The translations under genes were made by a program, and so were the position numbers. The notes under the pieces are model-generated. The model was not told the origin of the DNA. It ran no database searches and was given only the letters and a program-made list of their open reading frames with translations. This document shows positions 61,941 through 64,000 of a DNA stretch of 64,000 nt, one piece after another. Every line of letters starts with the position of its first letter. Positions within the stretch are counted from its first letter, which is position 1. This stretch comes from Cyanophyceae cyanobacterium (GTDB lineage: Bacteria; Cyanobacteriota; Cyanobacteriia; Cyanobacteriales; JBHJGN01), in the NCBI GenBank assembly GCA_050331735.1, contig JBHJGN010000022.1, positions 64,001-128,000 of the forward strand, written 5' to 3'.

Positions 61941-63000
61941 TCAGCAGTACGCCGAACGGATACTGGTCATCCACCCAGCCATCAACCGTTTTTAGTCCCT
62001 TCGTCATTAGGTAATCCTGCATCTGCTGCCAGTTGAACTTGCGGGAAATTTCGGTGAGAATTGTTTCTCCGGCTTGAAATTCTACTATCAGGTTAAGCCC
62101 GTTCAGCCGAACCTGCTGGGCAGATTGACTGACGAGGTGCATTTCGATTCTGGAGCGAGACTCGTTATAAAAAGCGCCGTGTTCAAACAGATCGAGGTTG
62201 AAATTTCCGCTAAACCGCCAGTTAAGGTGACGCAGCATATTGAGGTTGAATGCTGCCGTTACGCCCTGGCTGTCGTTATAGGCCGCTTCTAAAACCTCTT
62301 TGGGCTTTTGTAGATCGATGCCGAGCAAGAAATAGTCTCCCCGATTGAGGGCGGCCTGAAGCTGGGAGAAAAAGCGATCGCACTCGGACTGGCTAAAGTT
62401 GCCGAGGGTACTGCCTAAAAACAGCACAGTTCGTTTACCCAGCGGAGACGGACCAAGCTGCTGAAGGGCCGTCTCGTAGGTACTTACTAAGCCATGAACC
62501 TGAAGCGTCGGGTAGTCTGCCAGCAATTGCTGAGCGCTCTCTTGCAAAATACTCGCGCTGACATCAATCGGCTTGTATCGCAAAGCCTGTCCCAACTGCC
62601 GATGAGCATCGAGCAGTAAGCGAGTTTTCGTTGAGCTACCGCTGCCGAGTTCGACTAGCTCACAGGCTCCTGTTTGTCGAGCAATCGTGGTGGCCTGCTG
62701 AGTTAAAATAGCAGCCTCGGTGCGAGTGGGATAGTATTCCGGTAGCTCGCAGATTTGCTCGAATAGCAAAGACCCTCGCTCGTCATAGAAGTAATGAGGC
62801 GGTAAAGATTTTTGGGGCTGAGTTAATCCCTCAATTACGTCTGCTCCTTCCCGCTTGTGGTTTTGGCCGCTCGAATATTGCCGAGTCAGTCGCTCGATGG
62901 ACAAGCGCTGTTGCTGCTGAGAACGATCGCCAGTCAAAGAAGTTGACACGCTAAACCTTGAAATCACCGCTGCAATTGTAGCGGATTTGACATAACCCAA
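61915..63000 (-). CDS. egtD: L-histidine N-alpha-methyltransferase (ergothioneine biosynthesis)
   Basis: YFYDERGS.LFEQICELPEYYPTRTE, ELGSGS, FLGSTLGNF, AYNDSQGVTAAFNLN, TEISRKF; start uncertain. Confidence 0.92.
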   Translation of the reverse strand: MGYVKSATIAAVISRFSVSTSLTGDRSQQQQRLSIERLTRQYSSGQNHKREGADVIEGLTQPQKSLPPHYFYDERGSLLFEQICELPEYYPTRTEAAILTQQATTIARQTGACELVELGSGSSTKTRLLLDAHRQLGQALRYKPIDVSASILQESAQQLLADYPTLQVHGLVSTYETALQQLGPSPLGKRTVLFLGSTLGNFSQSECDRFFSQLQAALNRGDYFLLGIDLQKPKEVLEAAYNDSQGVTAAFNLNMLRHLNWRFSGNFNLDLFEHGAFYNESRSRIEMHLVSQSAQQVRLNGLNLIVEFQAGETILTEISRKFNWQQMQDYLMTKGLKTVDGWVDDQYPFGVLLSRCATGKG

Positions 63001-63153
63001 CGAGCAAGATTTGCGATCGGTAATCGACTGTCAGAAATTAGAATGAATGATGAGAGCAAGCCCTCATCGTGGGGAGAGGAGCAGTCTTCGAGACTGAAAC
63101 ATTCAAGCTCACGGCGGCAAATCTTAATATTGCTTCTGCAAAAGGATTCAACT

Positions 63154-63945
63154 ATGGTGCAAGTGGACCAACCCCAGACGGCTGACTCCTGGTATTGGTA
63201 TCGCCAGGGCAAGCATCTTCAAGAACAAGAACAGTACCCCGAAGCGATCGCCTGTTACGATCGTTCTCTAGCAATCCAGAGCGACGACTATTGGACATGG
63301 TATAGCCGCGCTCAATGTTACCAAGCGTTAACAAAGTATGCAGAGGCGATCGCTTCCTTAGACCAGGCGCTAGCGGCCAGACCGAACGACTATTGGGCCT
63401 GGTACAGTCGGGGCGTGATCGCTCTTGAAAACCTAGATAGATTTGAGGACGCGCTCTTGAGCTTTCAACAAGCATTAGCGGCCAGAGCGAACGATTACTG
63501 GGCCTGGTATCGTCACGGAGATACCCTGCGTCATTTAGGTCAGCACCAAGAAGCCGTCGCCAGTTACGACCGCGCTTTAGCCCTGCGCTCCGACGATTAC
63601 TGGACCTGGCATCGGCGCGGAGATGCTCTGCGCCACTTAGGTCAGCACCAAGAAGCCGTCGCCAGCTACCAGCAGGCGCTAGCCCTCGATTCCGGTGCCT
63701 ACTGGAGCTGGTATCGCCAAGGAGATGCCCTCCGCTATCTAGCCAGGTATCCAGAAGCGATCGCCAGCTATGATCGCGCGATCGCCATCGATCCTCAAGA
63801 CGACTATGCCTGGTATAATCGAGCCTGCTGTGCTGCTAAAATTGGTCAAACAGAACTGGCCCTTGACTCTTTAAACCAGGCAATTATCCTCAACGAGCGT
63901 AATCGACAGCTCGCTCAACGAGACCCAGATCTCGCCCGGCTCTAA
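63154..63945 (+). CDS. Tetratricopeptide-repeat protein
   Basis: About seven 34-aa repeats (YW.WY.RG..L..L..Y.EA.ASYD.AL). Confidence 0.9.
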   Translation: MVQVDQPQTADSWYWYRQGKHLQEQEQYPEAIACYDRSLAIQSDDYWTWYSRAQCYQALTKYAEAIASLDQALAARPNDYWAWYSRGVIALENLDRFEDALLSFQQALAARANDYWAWYRHGDTLRHLGQHQEAVASYDRALALRSDDYWTWHRRGDALRHLGQHQEAVASYQQALALDSGAYWSWYRQGDALRYLARYPEAIASYDRAIAIDPQDDYAWYNRACCAAKIGQTELALDSLNQAIILNERNRQLAQRDPDLARL

Positions 63946-64000
63946 GCGCCGCAGGCGTAGGGAAAGAAGTTGCTCCGCAACGGGTAAAGGGAAAAGAAAT
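63946..64000. repeat. Mini-hairpin/heptamer repeat after the TPR stop (runs off the window)
   Basis: GCGCCGCAGGCG, GTTGC-TCC-GCAAC, GGGTAAAGGGAAAA. Confidence 0.7.

Noticed and set aside
1..64000. tRNA, rRNA, riboswitches, intact transposase or integrase; other antisense ORFs in the track
   Set aside because: No recognisable signatures by eye (an Infernal/tRNAscan run would be decisive); the antisense ORFs overlap well-supported genes

Overview
Cyanobacterial chromosomal DNA: the HIP1 octamer GCGATCGC is frequent, and psbY, an hli gene and a TIGR02652-type gene are present. (1) 0.1-26.8 kb is a sugar-catabolism island: tkt, an IcfG-like partner-switching module (PP2C phosphatase, RsbW-like kinase, two STAS proteins) wrapped around glgX, DoxX and NDH-2, then divergently tal-pgi fusion, gnd, zwf, fbp, class I aldolase, glk, aquaporin, alkaline/neutral invertase and, further on, pgl. 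(2) 27-36 kb is the most interesting part. An HTH-NB-ARC-WD40 STAND protein converges on a minus-strand cluster of a tandem ribbon-helix-helix gene, two paralogous heme-oxygenase-like (HDO) diiron proteins (one with intact ligands, one degenerate) and an unannotated 47-aa peptide ending DIVCYF. An identical 20-bp palindrome precedes each of the three larger genes. This is a candidate undescribed peptide-modification/signalling system. (3) 36.5-49.7 kb holds housekeeping and small regulated units, including psbY, folC and a GntR-desaturase-MetX-like unit with visible operators. (4) 49.7-60.9 kb is a heptose/glycosyltransferase cluster with a CdaR-type regulator, interrupted by PEP-CTERM and RTX genes and by DMT, Crp and LysR gene remnants. 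(5) The window ends with hli, egtD and a TPR gene. A family of mini-hairpin plus heptamer repeats sits at many gene ends. No tRNA, rRNA or CRISPR array was seen. All calls come from reading motifs by eye; no database searches were run.
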